Origin: an uncultured virus (IMG/VR IMGVR_UViG_3300032233_001072)
Lineage: Duplodnaviria; Heunggongvirae; Uroviricota; Caudoviricetes
DNA: 64,000 nt
IMG/VR virus record: IMGVR_UViG_3300032233_001072
Location: 30,949-94,948 of that record
Reading direction: 5' to 3' (one strand)
Shown: in pieces, positions 63,730-64,000 of the stretch
Layout: every line of letters starts with the position of its first letter
How positions within the stretch are numbered: the first letter of the stretch is position 1
Made by a program: the position numbers and the translations under genes
The notes under the pieces: model-generated
What the model was told of the DNA's origin: nothing
The model's input: the letters and a program-made list of their open reading frames with translations, nothing else
The model's database searches: none

Positions 63730-64000
63730 ATGAACCAAAACTTAAACGAACTTCGGTCGTTCCTTGCCAGTCTTGACAAGGCACCTGAGCCAATGCACGT
63801 CTCGTCTGAATTGCACGCACTATCAAGTGCCAGCGATGCAGACATTGACATTGTGCTGGATCGTGCGCTCTACCCATTTCAACGTGCTGGTGTGGCTTAT
63901 GCCCTCCGCCAGCGCCGATGCATCATCGGTGATGAGATGGGGCTGGGCAAAACGATTCAAGGTATCGCTGTCGTCGCTCAGGCTCACAAAGAGGGAATGA
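63730..64000 (+). CDS. SNF2-family helicase, N-terminal part (truncated by window end)
   Basis: Hand translation ...LYPFQRAGVAYALRQRRCIIGDEMGLGKTIQ...; SD hairpin upstream; this frame is not in the ORF track. Confidence 0.92.
   Translation, partial: MNQNLNELRSFLASLDKAPEPMHVSSELHALSSASDADIDIVLDRALYPFQRAGVAYALRQRRCIIGDEMGLGKTIQGIAVVAQAHKEGM

Noticed and set aside
63764-64000. ORF-track 78-aa ORF
   Set aside because: Wrong frame; the frame starting at 63730 has the SD and SNF2 motifs
1-64000. tRNA genes, introns/inteins, reverse transcriptase, integrase
   Set aside because: None recognised by eye; terminase, portal and capsid appear uninterrupted (tRNAscan and HMM searches not run)

Overview
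A 64-kb segment of a large contractile-tailed (myovirus-like) dsDNA phage, most likely infecting an Actinobacterium. That host call is inferred from an Rpf-like domain in the tape measure protein and many leaderless TANNNT-N5-7-ATG gene starts. Positions 1.5-46.6 kb are mostly minus-strand virion genes: baseplate, tape measure, tube, sheath, neck, N4-gp56-type capsid, scaffold, portal, terminase, M15 endolysin and many fibre proteins, plus a halogenase/2OG-oxygenase island. Positions 46.7-58.5 kb are small accessory genes (ADP-ribosyltransferase-, ParB/Srx-, GNAT- and zincin-like) that share short peptide tags. Positions 58.5-59.7 kb are a divergent non-coding region with a perfect parS palindrome and a candidate structured RNA. 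The standout is 59.7-63.7 kb: a plus-strand operon of short ORFs in which eight consecutive gene junctions each carry an intact type II hammerhead ribozyme. Each ribozyme is followed by a core-occluding palindrome and a covarying Shine-Dalgarno hairpin, so the operon is predicted to cut itself into single-gene mRNAs with standardised 55-61 nt leaders. Other notable items are a probable +1 programmed frameshift in the tail chaperone and a DGR-target-like DUF1566 C-terminus on the baseplate spike gene. All calls come from reading the sequence and recognising motifs; no searches or folding programs were run.
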